A stretch of 63,692 nt of DNA, filler included, from Asterionella formosa (Eukaryota), in the NCBI GenBank assembly GCA_002256025.1. It is 20 parts of 20 records of this genome, joined end to end, with 100 filler letters (N's around TTAATTAATTAA, not from the genome) between each part and the next. Parts side by side here need not be neighbours in the genome. Positions count along the whole stretch, not along the records: positions 13,057 to 41,366 come from NKIB01001251.1; positions 41,467 to 43,229 come from NKIB01001252.1; positions 43,330 to 45,092 come from NKIB01001253.1; positions 45,193 to 46,955 come from NKIB01001254.1; positions 47,056 to 48,816 come from NKIB01001257.1; positions 48,917 to 50,677 come from NKIB01001258.1; positions 50,778 to 52,534 come from NKIB01001259.1; 13 more parts are not named here. The stretch is one strand, 5' to 3'. The notes below the pieces were generated by a model. That model searched no databases and was not told the DNA's origin. It was given only the letters and a program-made list of their open reading frames with translations. Every line of letters begins with the position of its first letter. The first letter of the stretch is position 1. The position numbers and the translations under genes are program-made. This document shows positions 37,946-51,284 of the stretch, one piece after another.

Positions 37946-38975
37946 AGAAAAGAATTTCATTGTAAAATCATTGAGAACAAACCCGAAGGCAGCTACTTTT
38001 GTGAAGAGTTGTCATGTGAAATGTGTATAGTTATTATGCCAAAGCAAACAGCATTTTCCTTGAGTTTGCCAAAATCGCATGGACAACTAAAATTGTGGAA
38101 AGAGTTGTACACACATACCCCACAAGATATATGCAATTACGCCTCTGTAATTTATGGAGTCAAAGGTTTTACCAAAAAACCTTTTTCAGATTTTAAAGAT
38201 CTTGCATATTGGGACCTTGAAACAATTACCTCGTCTCTATGATCCATTATATAATTCATGAACTTCATCAAACTGACTGGTGTAAAGGATATATTTGATC
38301 TGGATGAGAACCCAGAAAAGGGTAATAACAAACCATATATATACCAAGGTGATTGTCATCCACTTCATCATGACAATATCCATGTGCTATTTGTTTATTG
38401 CAAAATATCAGATGAGGAGGAAAACAATCATTTGTGCATAATCTTTTTGCCATAAATTATGGATTATGTCAAGTTCGTGATCCAGGAAAAGATGCAAATT
38501 TGGATGAACATTTGGATCAAGTATTTCACCTTGCCCGTAAGTGCTGCATCATCCCTGGATGCACCAAGGAACTGGAATTGTTAAGCCTCCAACCGTTGAT
38601 AAATAAAAAATAAAAAAATAAATGATAATGATAACAATATAGTTTCACATACTATATTGGTTATTAGGATGTTTTCACAAACTACAATTTCCTTACAAAT
38701 GATGACATTGGATGATCCCAAAGGTCGATTTTTTTCTTTTTCACTCCCAAAGAACCTAAGATGATCCTTCTCGTTTCGTCCAGAATTTTGCTTTTCCACT
38801 TTTCAACTGCAGTTCCATATGAGTCTGTAAACTTTTTCAATTTGTTTTCAGAAGGACTATCACCATTTACAATTTTTTTCAACTTTTTGTCAATTTTTAT
38901 GCATCCAGAAATGTGGTCAAGAGGAGCATGATTATTGTTAAAAAATTCATACCGGCAATGCGATCTATTCCACAT
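37946..38975. pseudogene. Rearranged second copy of the Ulp1-like accessory gene
   Basis: 37946-38583 (+) matches the reverse complement of ~30155-30840. ~38720-38940 matches 29323-29545 directly, so the two pieces are mutually inverted. Confidence 0.8.
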
Positions 38976-40186
38976 AACAAACTGATGAGGGAATGGTGAT
39001 CGAGAGCCTTCTCCGTTATCAAACCAACCGGTAAGAAGAGGTAAGTTATATGATTGTTTTGCTTCTCAACTGTGGCTACCAAGGGGCTTATGATCGGTAC
39101 TGTGTGAGACCAGAAGCAAACTATAAAATTTTATCGCTGTGTGTGCGCTTCTACCACTCAAAGTTTCTGTACTTCCTCAGGACGAACGATTAAAATCAAC
39201 CTAATTACGAGGTAAGAAACCGCACTTAATATGTTTGTGCATAATGCTGCAGAGAGTTTGTAGTGTCTGTGTCCATTAATTAGGATTTTGACATTAATAA
39301 CATCTTTCCCCTCCATATGTACAGATCTGAGGGTTAACAACGCACTCTACCTCTCACCCATCAATCAACAGTGCGAGCATAGGTAAGTTACTATACTCTC
39401 ATTTGATGCTCGTTATGTCGATTGGAACGTGAAGTTACTAAATAGATTGTTTATGTCGCTAATCAGTTTGTGGCACATGTGTGGCTGGAGATGCTTTAAT
39501 CGTTGCAACACTTTTGCTAACATTGATATTATCTCCTCAAAATCATAAAGGAACCATGAGAGCACAGGTAAGTTATATGCACATTGCCAGCTCATACGGA
39601 AATTGGAGTGATGGATTGTTCATGTGATCGTTTCATTTCGTTGCACATATCTTCGTTAAGATGGCTGCCTTGCTTACTGGATGCAACAGTTTTGCTAACA
39701 CTGTTGTTATTATCTCTTACAGGAAAGTTGTACAAGAACATTGGAGAATGTGACTTGCTGCCATTCGCAATGGTGGAGGTTCGAATAAAACATCATAAAT
39801 TTCGTTTGCTCTCCCATTTCATTTTGAAAAGGCAATGATCTAAACATTTTTACCGGAATTGAAAATTAAGGTATTGAAGACCACTGTGTGTTCATTCTGA
39901 TAGAGGATGCACAGTGGAAAGTATAGGTGACCAGAAGTAGAATATTTGAGTATTAAATATCAATCCATTTAATTCGATCTGTGTTCATCATTGATCGAAC
40001 ATGATAATAGGTTTGATCAATGAGAGAAATGAATTAGATTAGTAGTAATGAATATTAGATCAAAAGCAAATAATTCTATTTGATATTAGCATTCCAAAGG
40101 TTAGACCGAATGAATAACTAATTTGATCTCATGATTACTATCTTTGGACCAAACACCAAAACGCTAGTTGATATCAATCAGCTTTT

Positions 40187-40305
40187 TGTATGATCAATCA
40201 GTATTTCTGTATGATCAATCAATATTTCTGTGTGATCAATCAGTTTTCTTGTATGATCAATCAATATTTCTGTATGATCAATCAGTTTTCTCGTATGATC
40301 AATCA
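40187..40305 (+). repeat. 21-bp tandem repeat TGTATGATCAATCA(G/A)T(A/T)TT(T/C)(C/T), ~5.7 units
   Basis: Head-to-tail units with two alternating variants (42-bp higher order). CAGTG (CACTG on the minus strand) lies at 40338-40342. Confidence 0.92.
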
Positions 40306-40420
40306 AAAATAATATGTTATACTGAGAAGTTTTGGGGCAGTGGGTCTTATAGCAAAACTGTTAGGCATAACGGATTTTTTATTTACAGGATGCGAATTTG
40401 GAGGACTTTCTTGCAGTTCT

Positions 40421-40720
40421 TGGGTTATATGGTTTACGTAGTAGTTCAGCAAGGTTCCATGAACATTTATCAGCCAAACTCATTACATGAGGTATCGACC
40501 ATAATTTGCTGATACTGACTTTTGGATCAAGGACTGTGGAGACCATTACAAATACATCGCTACATATGTGGATGATATTTTTAAGCATTTTCTAAAGATC
40601 CACTAGCTGTTATTAAGGAAAACCAAAAAGATAAGATATTGAAAGGAATAGGAGCACCAGAGTATTACTTGGGTGGGAATATTGAGTATTTAATTGATAC
40701 ATGGAACAAGGATGCTTTAG
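40421..40720 (+). pseudogene. CoDi/copia reverse transcriptase fragment
   Basis: GLYGLRSSSARFHEHL..ADTDFWIKDCGDHYKYIATYVDD..LKGIGAPEYYLGG across frameshifts. Not captured by the ORF track. Confidence 0.85.
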
Positions 40721-41366
40721 TCTTTGGTGGGGGATGATATTGGATCGAAATCTTCAGCATCAACATCCATTTCTACTTTCTCAATTGAAGTAGATGATGA
40801 ACCTTTGTTTACCTGTTCCCTCAATCATCCAATTTAGGCAGACAATATTCAATATCCTCTGGAATATTAATCCATACATGATAGACAATTGCTGGATATA
40901 CAATTGATTCTCAATCAAACACCTCATCTCATTCTAAATCAACAAACCAAACACATCTGTTAAATTTTCCCTCTATCAATTTTCATCATATACATTTAAT
41001 GTATTTTGTGAAGAATCCAGGAGATACTTGATGTATTGTTATTCCTACATCACTATCGAATCCTATTATTTATTGGTATCATCAGATGTTAGCTCATGTG
41101 GGTATGACAAGATGAAATGCCACATTTTCTACACATTTTTACTATCCTCCATTAAAAGCAAGAGTGGAACATATTGCAAGCATATATGAAACATGTCAAA
41201 ACGTACAAAATTACCTGATGCTTGGTTTTGGTGAACTTTCACCAAGGAATGCATTGTTATTACAATGCTCAGAAGTCACAGTGGATTTCATTGGTCCATG
41301 GAAGATAACAGTGACTGCACAAGCGATTGAATTTCATGCTCCAACTTGAGTTAACACAGTCACCAA
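40721..41366 (+). pseudogene. Degenerate second copy of the gypsy RNase H-integrase linker and integrase N-terminus
   Basis: Collinear with ~35662-36282. Confidence 0.88.
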
Positions 41367-42159
41367 NNNNNNNNNNNNNNNNNNNNNNNNNNNNNNNNNN
41401 NNNNNNNNNNTTAATTAATTAANNNNNNNNNNNNNNNNNNNNNNNNNNNNNNNNNNNNNNNNNNNNAAAAAATATAAAAATATAAAAAGCACACAATGGG
41501 GTGCACCCCCCCCCCTCCCCCCCCAATGGTTGATTTTTATTCTTGACTAGCTAAACCAGGATACCCTTGCTAGTAGGTAGCTCGTACACTAGTATATAAC
41601 ACAGTGTATTGTTGTTGCTATTGAAGCAAGCATTGAAATGAAACAACCAAAATGCTTTCACTTCTATGGGCTTGCGAAGCAATGTACAATGACACTCTAT
41701 TGAATGAGTCTAGTCCTACTACATCTGTGGGCTGTAGATAGTACATAGAATTAAGCCTAGAACATTCTCGTATTATACTTATCACTAAACTGCTTTGTGT
41801 TTACAAGCTCTTGTGGCAGCAATCTAAACTAATACAATGATAACCACAAGTCTATGCTTTTGTTGACCTTTGGTTGTTTCCAGATCCCCCACCGGTACTG
41901 TAATGGTGAAGGCAATACATGCCTGAGGTGTTCTCATTCCTACTACAAGTATACATATGTACTCGGCTGGGATGGGTGACTTTCTTGCGGCGCCGACACG
42001 AGAAGGCTTGTTAGCACAGCGAAAGGTATGGTTGAGGCAATTCACAAACTACCTATTGTCACGCCATTCGCTTGCCTACTGCCCACTCATTGAGTGTAAA
42101 TTTCAATTTGAGCCTGCTGTACTAGCCCATCACATAAATGTATTTTTATAATTCCCTAT

Positions 42160-42372
42160 CTTCATGAAGATGATACTCCTGCACCAAAATACGTTTATAC
42201 CAGCACAGGAGGACAGGGAAAGAGATATGGGGGCTGGGACGCAAAGGGATATGCCAGGTTCAAAAGCCTGTATGACATAGTTGTTCATCAAAGGACAACT
42301 GCCATGAGCAGGCAGTTGGAGATCAGCTTTAAGTCCAATCTTCTTGTTTTGGCTGGAGTTCCACAAGGTTAG
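42160..42372 (+). pseudogene. Remnant of a hypothetical protein with a YT..GW..G..RF..L motif
   Basis: Stop-free frame without ATG: LHEDDTPAPKYVYTSTGGQGKRYGGWDAKGYARFKSLYDIVVHQR. From memory it resembles repetitive diatom hypothetical proteins; unverified. Confidence 0.35.
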
Positions 42373-43329
42373 TCACTTCGGGGAAGTGAACAAAGTGGAA
42401 TTGTTGAACTGATGTTCATGGAAAATATTGACTAACTGATGGACATTTTCATTGAAGTTACGCCAGGGAACAACAGTGTGCCCGCCATTAGAGTTCGCAA
42501 TGATCTAGTGGCCATTTCTCTTCCAGTAAGCACAGCTCGATGGGCATCTTCCATCAGTGGATTGACTCCACAAGTTATATCAGGAAGAACTTCAAGGATA
42601 ACAACTGGTAGTACTAAGAGTGCAAAGAGTTCAAAGAGTACAAAGAGTTTGAACGTGATTATTTACTTTCCCCCAGACCAAGTCAAGGGTGCCACAGATT
42701 GGTTATTCCAAGCAAGAGATGAAGAAAGAGATGTATGTGGAGCTTCGGATGAAGAAAAAGAGTGAAATTTATAAGGCTTGTATTGATCAGAACATTGCAC
42801 CCCCAGACCTTTTTGGAGATGAAATTAAAGAAAGGATGATGAATGATGAGAGCTAAATTAAAAAATTCGAGGAGGTTGCAGCAAAGGGCGAGAGGAAATA
42901 CAAATTGGCTAAGAAGAAGATCTACGCAAAGTTGCACAGGGACTTTTACAGGTTCAAGAAAAGCAAATTAGACGAAGAATCAGTGGAAACGAGACTCAAG
43001 GTGGCAAATAAAACTAGGAGTGAATATGAGTATTTCAAACGGTCAATGAAAGAAGTTGCAAGACAATTGAACTTCACTCCAGTTTAGTGAAAATGAATTT
43101 CAATTTTGACGAATTGACTATTGTCAAAGGGCAAATGAACTAGGAACCAAAATTATTACTAATATTACTGATTTACTAATTCAATTGTTGACAGCTACTC
43201 ATTCTTTCCTTCTTTTTCTATATTGTACTNNNNNNNNNNNNNNNNNNNNNNNNNNNNNNNNNNNNNNNNNNNNTTAATTAATTAANNNNNNNNNNNNNNN
43301 NNNNNNNNNNNNNNNNNNNNNNNNNNNNN

Positions 43330-45092
43330 GTTCCGAGATATGCACTTGTACTTTTGCGAGTATCAGGGTTAATTGCAAATGCACTGTCAACAACATCCAT
43401 TGGGCGCATTTCTTTAGGGGTTCGCATCTTCATACGCCGATGTTTCTTGTCTGCATATAAGAATCCCAACAGACGTTCAACTGCCTTCCAATGAGCCTCT
43501 CCTGGATTCTCCAGATGCTGAGACAATTCTCGACATGCATTGGCACAAATTGGAGATATCTTCTTTACAAAGTATAAGATTTTTCCAACCATGGATCTGT
43601 ATTCACTATGTAGAACAGTGTGGGCATCATTCTTGGACAAACTTGTACCTGGCAATCCGGGAGTTGGTGCAATTGCGGGATAACGTCCAAAGAGATTCTT
43701 ATAGTCTTCAAACATTCCTTCAACGAAATCCTCCATGGTAGATTCAAGAAATCTTCCATCAGCATCCTCTCCCCAGTCATACCAAACTCCTAAATGTTTC
43801 TTGATTGGTCCGAGTTCCTTTATGGTGAAATGCTTCTTGGCTTCAGCCTTAAGCCAGTCAACATCGGCTTGTTCTCCTGCAACAATGCAGTCATCAACAT
43901 AGATACAAACAATTAGAATCAATTTCAAATCACGTTTCAAGAAGAAAATGCATGGATCCACTTTACTCTGTTTCATTCCAATGAGAATCAGACGCTCCAC
44001 AAGTTTCTTGTACCACTGTCGCGCAGCCTGCACCGTTCCATACATGGCTTTACTTAGAAGAATACAATTTTCTGAGACAACCTTGTTGTCTTCAAAGCCA
44101 AACTCAACAACGCCTTCAGGCCATTCAAGGTAGATGTCTTCCTCTAAATCTCCTTCAAGAAAGGATGCTTCGACGTCAATGACCTCCAAAGTCCATGTCT
44201 TCTTGTGCATGGTGATTGCAAAGACAACTCTGATACTTGTATCCGTAGCCACGGGTGCAAACGAGTCGGTAAAATCAACACCGGGGATTTGAACATATCC
44301 CTTGACAACCACACGTGCCTTATAGCGTGTAGTCAAGTCTTGTTCCTTCTTTTTCTTGAAGACCCATCGACTCCCAAGCGGCTTGCGTCCATGCAATTCT
44401 GATCTTGGGAATTTTGACCAGACTTTTCGTTTTATAAAATTATTAATTTCACTTTTGATTGCTGGAATCCATTTTTCTCTGTCATCTGCTTTCAGTGCCG
44501 CACTGTAGGTCTTGGGTTCACCTGGATCTGATGCAAGTGTAGAGCTGTAGATGTAATGAACCTCCATGGATGAAGTAGGCTTAGAATCCAGATCATCATC
44601 GTCATCTACAATAGTATGCAATCTTCCAGAACGTAGTGTAGACATCGTTGGAGCAGTTTCATGACCAAGTTTCTTGAGCTCTCGTTCAGCTCTTGTAATA
44701 GCAGGTTTTGAAGTATTTGAAGCTTCATTCCTCCCTGCTTCAGAGACCTGCAAGTCATTAAGAGTCGAAAGTGATCCAGTCTCATCATCTGGGATGACAG
44801 TCAGAGTTGGCGCAACAGGTTGGTCAAGTTCCTCCTCAAACTCAATTTCATCAATCCCAGTCTTGAACATGGTCAGATCATCAGTAGGTTTCGTTTCTCC
44901 ATGCCATTCAATCCATTTTACATCACGGCTCTGAATCACCTTCTTGGTTATAGGGTTAAAGAGTCGGTAGGTATCACCTGAGTGGTTTTCAGAGTATCCA
45001 ATCATGACACATTTAATTGCTTTATCATCAAGCTTATTCACAGGAGTTCTTATGGTGACATATCCAATTCGTCCAAATTGGATCAAGTGTTC
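43330..45092 (-). mobile_element. Ty1/copia pol fragment (post-integrase region, RT, RNase H start), open across the contig
   Basis: CVMIGYSENH..YRLFNP, EPKTY, RWVFKKK..YKARVVVKGYVQIPGVDF, IDVEASFL, MYGTVQAARQW, YVDD, VDSAFA..RKSTS. No stops. Confidence 0.95.
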
Positions 45093-45192
45093 NNNNNNNN
45101 NNNNNNNNNNNNNNNNNNNNNNNNNNNNNNNNNNNNTTAATTAATTAANNNNNNNNNNNNNNNNNNNNNNNNNNNNNNNNNNNNNNNNNNNN

Positions 45193-46955
45193 ATCCCGTG
45201 TTAAAATAGCGGTGATATCCAACCTGTAATTATCCTGTAAATAACAAAAGTTATTCAGGTAATGATTGACGTAAGACATATTCAATGTGCTGTCGCTCAT
45301 AAATATATATATATATGTATATTATTAAAATCATAGCATTGTTGCTATTGTCGCACATAATTCTGTTAAGGCGATATGTTCAGCATTCTGCTGGTTTTTT
45401 ATTAGGCACATCGGCCACTAACTGACCAACAGGAGGGTTCATGACCACTAAAATGTCCTCGTCTACCAAAACTGGAACGGCCATATCCATTATGACGACC
45501 AGTCATGTGACCTGCTCGACCACCTTGAGTACGAGGATTCTGGAAACAATTGATGTTAATATATCCTTAGAAGTAAAACAGGAAACCGGAATTGGGCCCT
45601 GATATGTATATGGAACATCATGTCCATCAATGCAGTTATATATATCCCGCGTAACATTAACCGCGGTATTCATAGTGTATTCAACCTGTAAATAAACAAT
45701 ATTATTCAGGTGATGACTAACGTGAGATATACTCAACGAGTCATTATAAATAGCATCGCTATTATCGCACATACCTCTGTAATGGCGATCAGCAATCTGC
45801 TGTTGTATAGTAGGGACAAAAGTCACTATCTGGCCAGCAGGAGGGTTCGTGACCACTGAAATTTCCTGGGCAGATGTATTCTCGGTAGGATCGGCACGTG
45901 GCACGGTACCCCAACCGGATGGACGAGTATTATGACTCCATGTATTTAACATACGAGCATGTGGAACAGGCACAGGATTCCGAACAGGAACAAGGTTAGT
46001 AGTGTTAGTAATGTTAACTCCATGAATCTTATGTTTGACCGTTGTTTCATATCCCAAGCGTGGCCGGCTGCACTAAAATGCATGTGCCCTGCCATCACCA
46101 CTGAGTATAAAATTATCATGTACAAATTTACGCTTGAAATGGAGTTTGTATTCTTGATACATCACAGGACTGCATTTAGCAATGCGAAGACGATCTTTTG
46201 TTAAAATTGACACCAGTCACGCTTATTTTCTTGATGCGTCATGGAATTGTCTTCAACTTCAACTATTTATTTACGATTTTGTGTTAGAAAATCGACACCA
46301 GGCATGCGCGTTCTCTCGACATAACACGATTGCCTTCAACAAGCGATGCGAAGTCGATTTCGGCTTATGGTAGAACTCATGCTTGAGGATGTGCTCGAGT
46401 TGATCTTTTAATGATTGTTGACTCTCGAAGTAAGTCAAAACCAAGCAAATCAATTATTTTGTGTTCTTTTCATTGTTCCATTCAAACATTTGTTGCCACG
46501 CATTGTTGATCAAGTAAAATGACAATCAACCTCAAATCTTCCTTGGCGGAAACCTCTTGATCTTCTGGATGAGTTATCATGAGTTTTAGGAGCTTCTTTA
46601 AGGTCTTGAGACAGGCAGCAAAGTCGAAGTCGATTATAAACATGTTGAAATGTTTTATTGAGTAATATCATGGCATCCAGTCACTGTTATTGACTCTCAG
46701 AGATATCATGAAGAAGGTAATCTTCCAGCCACATCACTATGACTTTCTTGTTGAGACTGTTATGGTGGGACTGAGCATTTGAGTGTATTGCAACGCTCAT
46801 CCAGTTAGACAAGACGATATCTGTGAGCCATCTTTTGTAGCAGTAGGTGAACAAGCAAGGAATCTGCTGGACTGAAGATATATGTGTTAGCCATATCACA
46901 GGATTTACTGAAATCAATAAACAAGCTTCCCCTGAGCGTCAATTGATCATATCTT
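45193..46955 (-). mobile_element. Degenerate, rearranged gypsy gag region of the same family as 32778-37159
   Basis: 45503-46057 is near-identical in translation to ~33330-33760; YFESQQS reading shared. 45193-45550 is a second, more decayed piece. Confidence 0.85.
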
Positions 46956-47699
46956 NNNNNNNNNNNNNNNNNNNNNNNNNNNNNNNNNNNNNNNNNNNNT
47001 TAATTAATTAANNNNNNNNNNNNNNNNNNNNNNNNNNNNNNNNNNNNNNNNNNNNTTTGCGTGGCATGATGAGGTCTTTATCCAGGAGTGGATCAAATCT
47101 GAATTTTGATGAAATGCCCTGTTTTCTATAATATATTGAAATGTTTGAGCGTTGGCAAATGCTTTTGGAGCGGTTGATTGAAGTACTACCGGTAATCCCT
47201 TTGTATAAATTGGCACCGGTAGTATCGGAGTGTACCGGTAGTTTTTGTGCAGTTGGGAGCTTGATGGTTTGTCGCCGTTTGTTGTGTCCTCATGTGAATT
47301 CGAGAACAAGCCATCCATCCAGCATCCAGTGTCCACAGTTGATGGTATCAGCTACCGGTACCGGTAATCAAATTTAGCAGTATTATTAACTAGGTCGTAG
47401 AGAATATTATGTATAGAGCAGAGCTATTATGTGCTGCCACGATGTTTTCCTTTCGTCTGCCTCAGTACCTGGTACAAGGTACAGGTACGCACAAATATAT
47501 ATGTTCCTGTATGTGCATCAGTATAGACATTATGATATAGTAAGATAACTGCGGTTCTCAATAGTTAGATTGAATTGTTATTAGTTGTTTTGTATTTCAT
47601 TATATTTGAGTTTCATAATTTCACCATTGTTGGCCACTGACCATGTCAAGGATGATGATCATAACATGATCATCACATTGCTGCTGCTAGCAGCATGTG

Positions 47700-48326
47700 A
47701 TCTAGCAATAAACAAAACGCCATCATTTCATGAAAGCTTGACTGTCAATAAGGTCAGCAGAAGAAGTGGCAACATCCAGCATTGTGCACTAAAGCATCCA
47801 TTGTTAAGTCCATTCTGGAATTTTTTCAATAACAAGCATAATGATGCCCTCATCACATTGTGTGGGTTTGATCATGCTTCCTTTGAGCTCCTTCACCAGC
47901 TATTCAAGCCTTGTTTTGATTCCTTTACTCCCTGTAGGAAAAACGGAATTCATTGTTAGGAATTCAACAGCAAAACCTGGTCGGCCCAGGCTCATGTGTT
48001 CCATCAGTTGTCTGGCAATTGGGCTGGCATGGACTAGAACTTGTGGATCCTATATAGCTCTTCAGATCGTTTTCGGCTTAACTCACAGCTCCTTGAGCAT
48101 TTGGTTGAGGTTTTCAAGGTGGATGGCTGTCAAAGTGCTTCTGACTAATGATGATGCCATGATTGCTTCTCTACCTACTGTAGCCGAAACCACTTTATTT
48201 GCATCCATGATTCATCAGAATTACCCTTTGATAAAGAATGATTGGGGAGCAATGGATGGTCTGAATCTCACTTGTCTGCAATGAGCTAGAAATGAAACAC
48301 AGCAGAACAATTTTCTACAATGGGTA
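47700..48326 (+). pseudogene. DDE_Tnp_4-type (Harbinger/ISL2EU-like) transposase N-terminal remnant
   Basis: DALITLCGFDHASF..GRPR..LAWTRT..LQIVFGL..WLRF..YPL..WGAMDGL..QNNF(Y)NG. Frameshifted and truncated. Confidence 0.7.
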
Positions 48327-50094
48327 GCAAACCGGAGTTACCAAATTTGGTCAACACAAACACAAATTTTGGGGTTATGAGTAGAACAATTTATGTTATC
48401 ATGTACACATGATATGTTTTTTTTAACGTCGAAGCGCAGACACATGCAGTTTACAGTCTTTACCTAGTATATTTTATTTATAGTGTATATTTTATATATT
48501 GCACGATGATGCTTCACCATTTGACAAGCATGACCAAATTACCTGTATAAGTCATGAATAATAATGCAGCAGCAGCAACAGCAGCAGCGGCATACCAACA
48601 TAAAAAAGCTCTTGCCTTCACTGTCACTGAATCTATCCTGCTCTCTGCTTGCTTAATAACCAGGTATAATAGTTGCACATAAATTTAAGAGGATGGGCTG
48701 CATTTCATCAACAGAAGTACGTCGCGAAGATCGTTCTTTTCGTTTTCTTGAATGCGCTATCGGTACTTGGTTCTATTCGTTCGTTCCATGTCACATTGCA
48801 TATCACTAATCCCACTNNNNNNNNNNNNNNNNNNNNNNNNNNNNNNNNNNNNNNNNNNNNTTAATTAATTAANNNNNNNNNNNNNNNNNNNNNNNNNNNN
48901 NNNNNNNNNNNNNNNNATCAATATCTTCGAGTACCTGCCCGGCAATGGTGCGTAGTTGTAGCAATGACATTGCTGGTATGGTCATATAGCGTCACAAGCA
49001 CTCCGACTAAGTTGGTATCACCACTGTCATTGTTGTCTGTATCCTCCTTGACACAGCCGGAAATTGAGCCAAGTTTCTGTGCACTAGGAGCAGGACTGAT
49101 GACGGGCTGAAGACCTGGACGTCCTGGAGGGGCGTAAAAATGAACTTTCCAGCACTGTCCTTTAACGTCGTCATTGCAGGGTTGTTGTGCTGTTGACTTC
49201 TTTGTGGCTTGCCATCGCCTGTGATGCGAAGCAAGTCAGCTGCCAGCGCTTTGGTCCGATGAGATTGACCCACCAGCAGCATGTGTAAATCATTAGCAGA
49301 AATAATTTCCGTTCGGAAAATATTTCTGCTGCCAGTTCCATCATGTTTGCAAGTGTCATGGAGGAGTCAACTAAGATTCGTGTGGCAAAAAAGTATTGGT
49401 GGTTTATACGAAGATTATGTAGGCTAGTAGGGTTTAAGGGGTTATCAAAAAGAGGGGGACGAAATATCGATATAGGGGGACGAAATATCTTTTTCCTATA
49501 AAAATATATCAAATTAGTGTTGCTTAACGCTGTATCTGCATCAAAATACAGATACACATTTCGGAGCAACAAAAAAGTGCTGCTGGAAGCAACATATCAC
49601 CCGGATTTGTGACATACAAAAAATTGGGCCGAGCAACAAAAAATTGGGCTGTTGAGCATCAGTTTTTTAATTATTTGGATCCGTGTTAGGATTGGCCCTT
49701 AGTACATAATGCTCCTCAGTGGTAGAACCGTGTAAGACTCATAAGCTACCGGAATATTTATGTCTATGAAAAAGATGGATGCTCCAAGTGATGAATACCA
49801 ACCATTTTCAACTGGGCTGTTCTCATTTTGGTGGTCTATTTTGATATATTCAGGGACATATAATACTTATATAATGTCATGACCTTTGCATTAGCATAGC
49901 GCGTGCCATTTGGTGCAAAACGGTTTCTGAGTCGTACCATACATAGATGTATACCGGTTATGGGGGTACCTGGTACCAGGCACCTAATGCCATCCTCAGG
50001 CAGACAAAAAAAATTGAAACAAAGCAAATCATCACAATTCCCTCATATTATCGATCACAAATTATTGGTGTACTGGCTCACAAAAAGCCCGATC

Positions 50095-50677
50095 ATGAGA
50101 AAATCGGCCTTTCTGCTTGTCGTCTTTCTGTCTATCAGGAACTTGTATGGACAGCGCCCCAGGTTAATGAAGCTGGTCATCGACGATCATAATGTAATTG
50201 ACCAGCGTCCCCACACCAATGCAGCCAAGGTCGGTGCCAATGTTGACCTCTTGCGTCAGCTAGATGATCGCAAAACGGTCAACATTGAAGACCCAGCATT
50301 CAACGATGCCAATACTTGGTATCCGGACCAAAGTACCTACCTTCAGGCTAACGCAGGATCCCGATTGAATACAGCATCAAGTGCTGAAACGCCTCAGCAA
50401 AAGAAGCGACGTTTGGATGAGGAAGATCTCGACGACTACATTCAGCAGGAGTTTGACCCCCTAGAGAAGCACGCAATTTGCTTCAACGAGCCATACAGGA
50501 CAAACTTTTTGGCCATTGACCAGAATGGACTGTATAAGGATTATCAGCACATCTTTGATTGGGGAATTCAAAACACCATGGGTCCGCCATTGCAAGGATA
50601 CTCCGAGGGTGGTCTTTCCATTAACCGCTTGCCCGGAATGTTTCTACGAATGTGTTTTCACGACAATGCTATTGATC
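50095..50677 (+). CDS. Secreted heme peroxidase (peroxidase-catalase superfamily), 3'-partial
   Basis: ATG at 50095, signal-peptide-like MRKSAFLLVVFLSI, distal heme motif FLRMCFHD just before the contig end. Confidence 0.65.
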
Positions 50678-50777
50678 NNNNNNNNNNNNNNNNNNNNNNN
50701 NNNNNNNNNNNNNNNNNNNNNTTAATTAATTAANNNNNNNNNNNNNNNNNNNNNNNNNNNNNNNNNNNNNNNNNNNN

Positions 50778-50909
50778 TGTATTCAGATAATATATAGATA
50801 TATTCAAGTAAGCATTTTGATGTATTCAACTAATTCATGTGATCCATTCAAAATCAACTAGGCTTATTTACGTGATGGTCACTTCACGTAATACGCGGCT
50901 TAGATGTAG
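50778..50909 (-). repeat. Second copy of the CTACATCTAAGCCGCG terminus
   Basis: Reverse complement of 1076-1207. Confidence 0.8.
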
Positions 50910-51284
50910 TCCCACCCCCACCATGACTGAATCTGTTATGATAAAAGCAACAAATGACGCAACCAAAGATGTGATGTCATGAAGGCAGATATACCCAATG
51001 CATTTTGCAAGTGGATATCGACAAGAAAGAAAAAGGGGAACAAATCATCATGAAGATTGGAGGTTTACTTGTCAATATGTTGACAGAACTCAGCCCCGAA
51101 ACTTATTAAAACTATGTTGTTTATGAAGGAAACAACAAGGTCTTATATATTAGGATGATCAAGGCACTATATGATTGCATGTTACAGTCATCATTGTTAT
51201 ATACAAAATCGAAGAAACTAGAGGGATTATATGGCAAAGGTATTCCATACTTTTGTTATGAAAGGAATGTTCCTTTGTAAGCGA

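Noticed and set aside
40168..40512. Repeat protein (YDQS units) or CRISPR
   Set aside because: By-product of a 21-bp tandem repeat with no spacers; the ORF starts at TTG and runs out of frame into RT debris.
48917..49701. Possible Harbinger end (GGGCCAATCC flanked by TTA) with adjacent ORF pieces
   Set aside because: Single occurrence, no partner TIR and no recognisable transposase motif.
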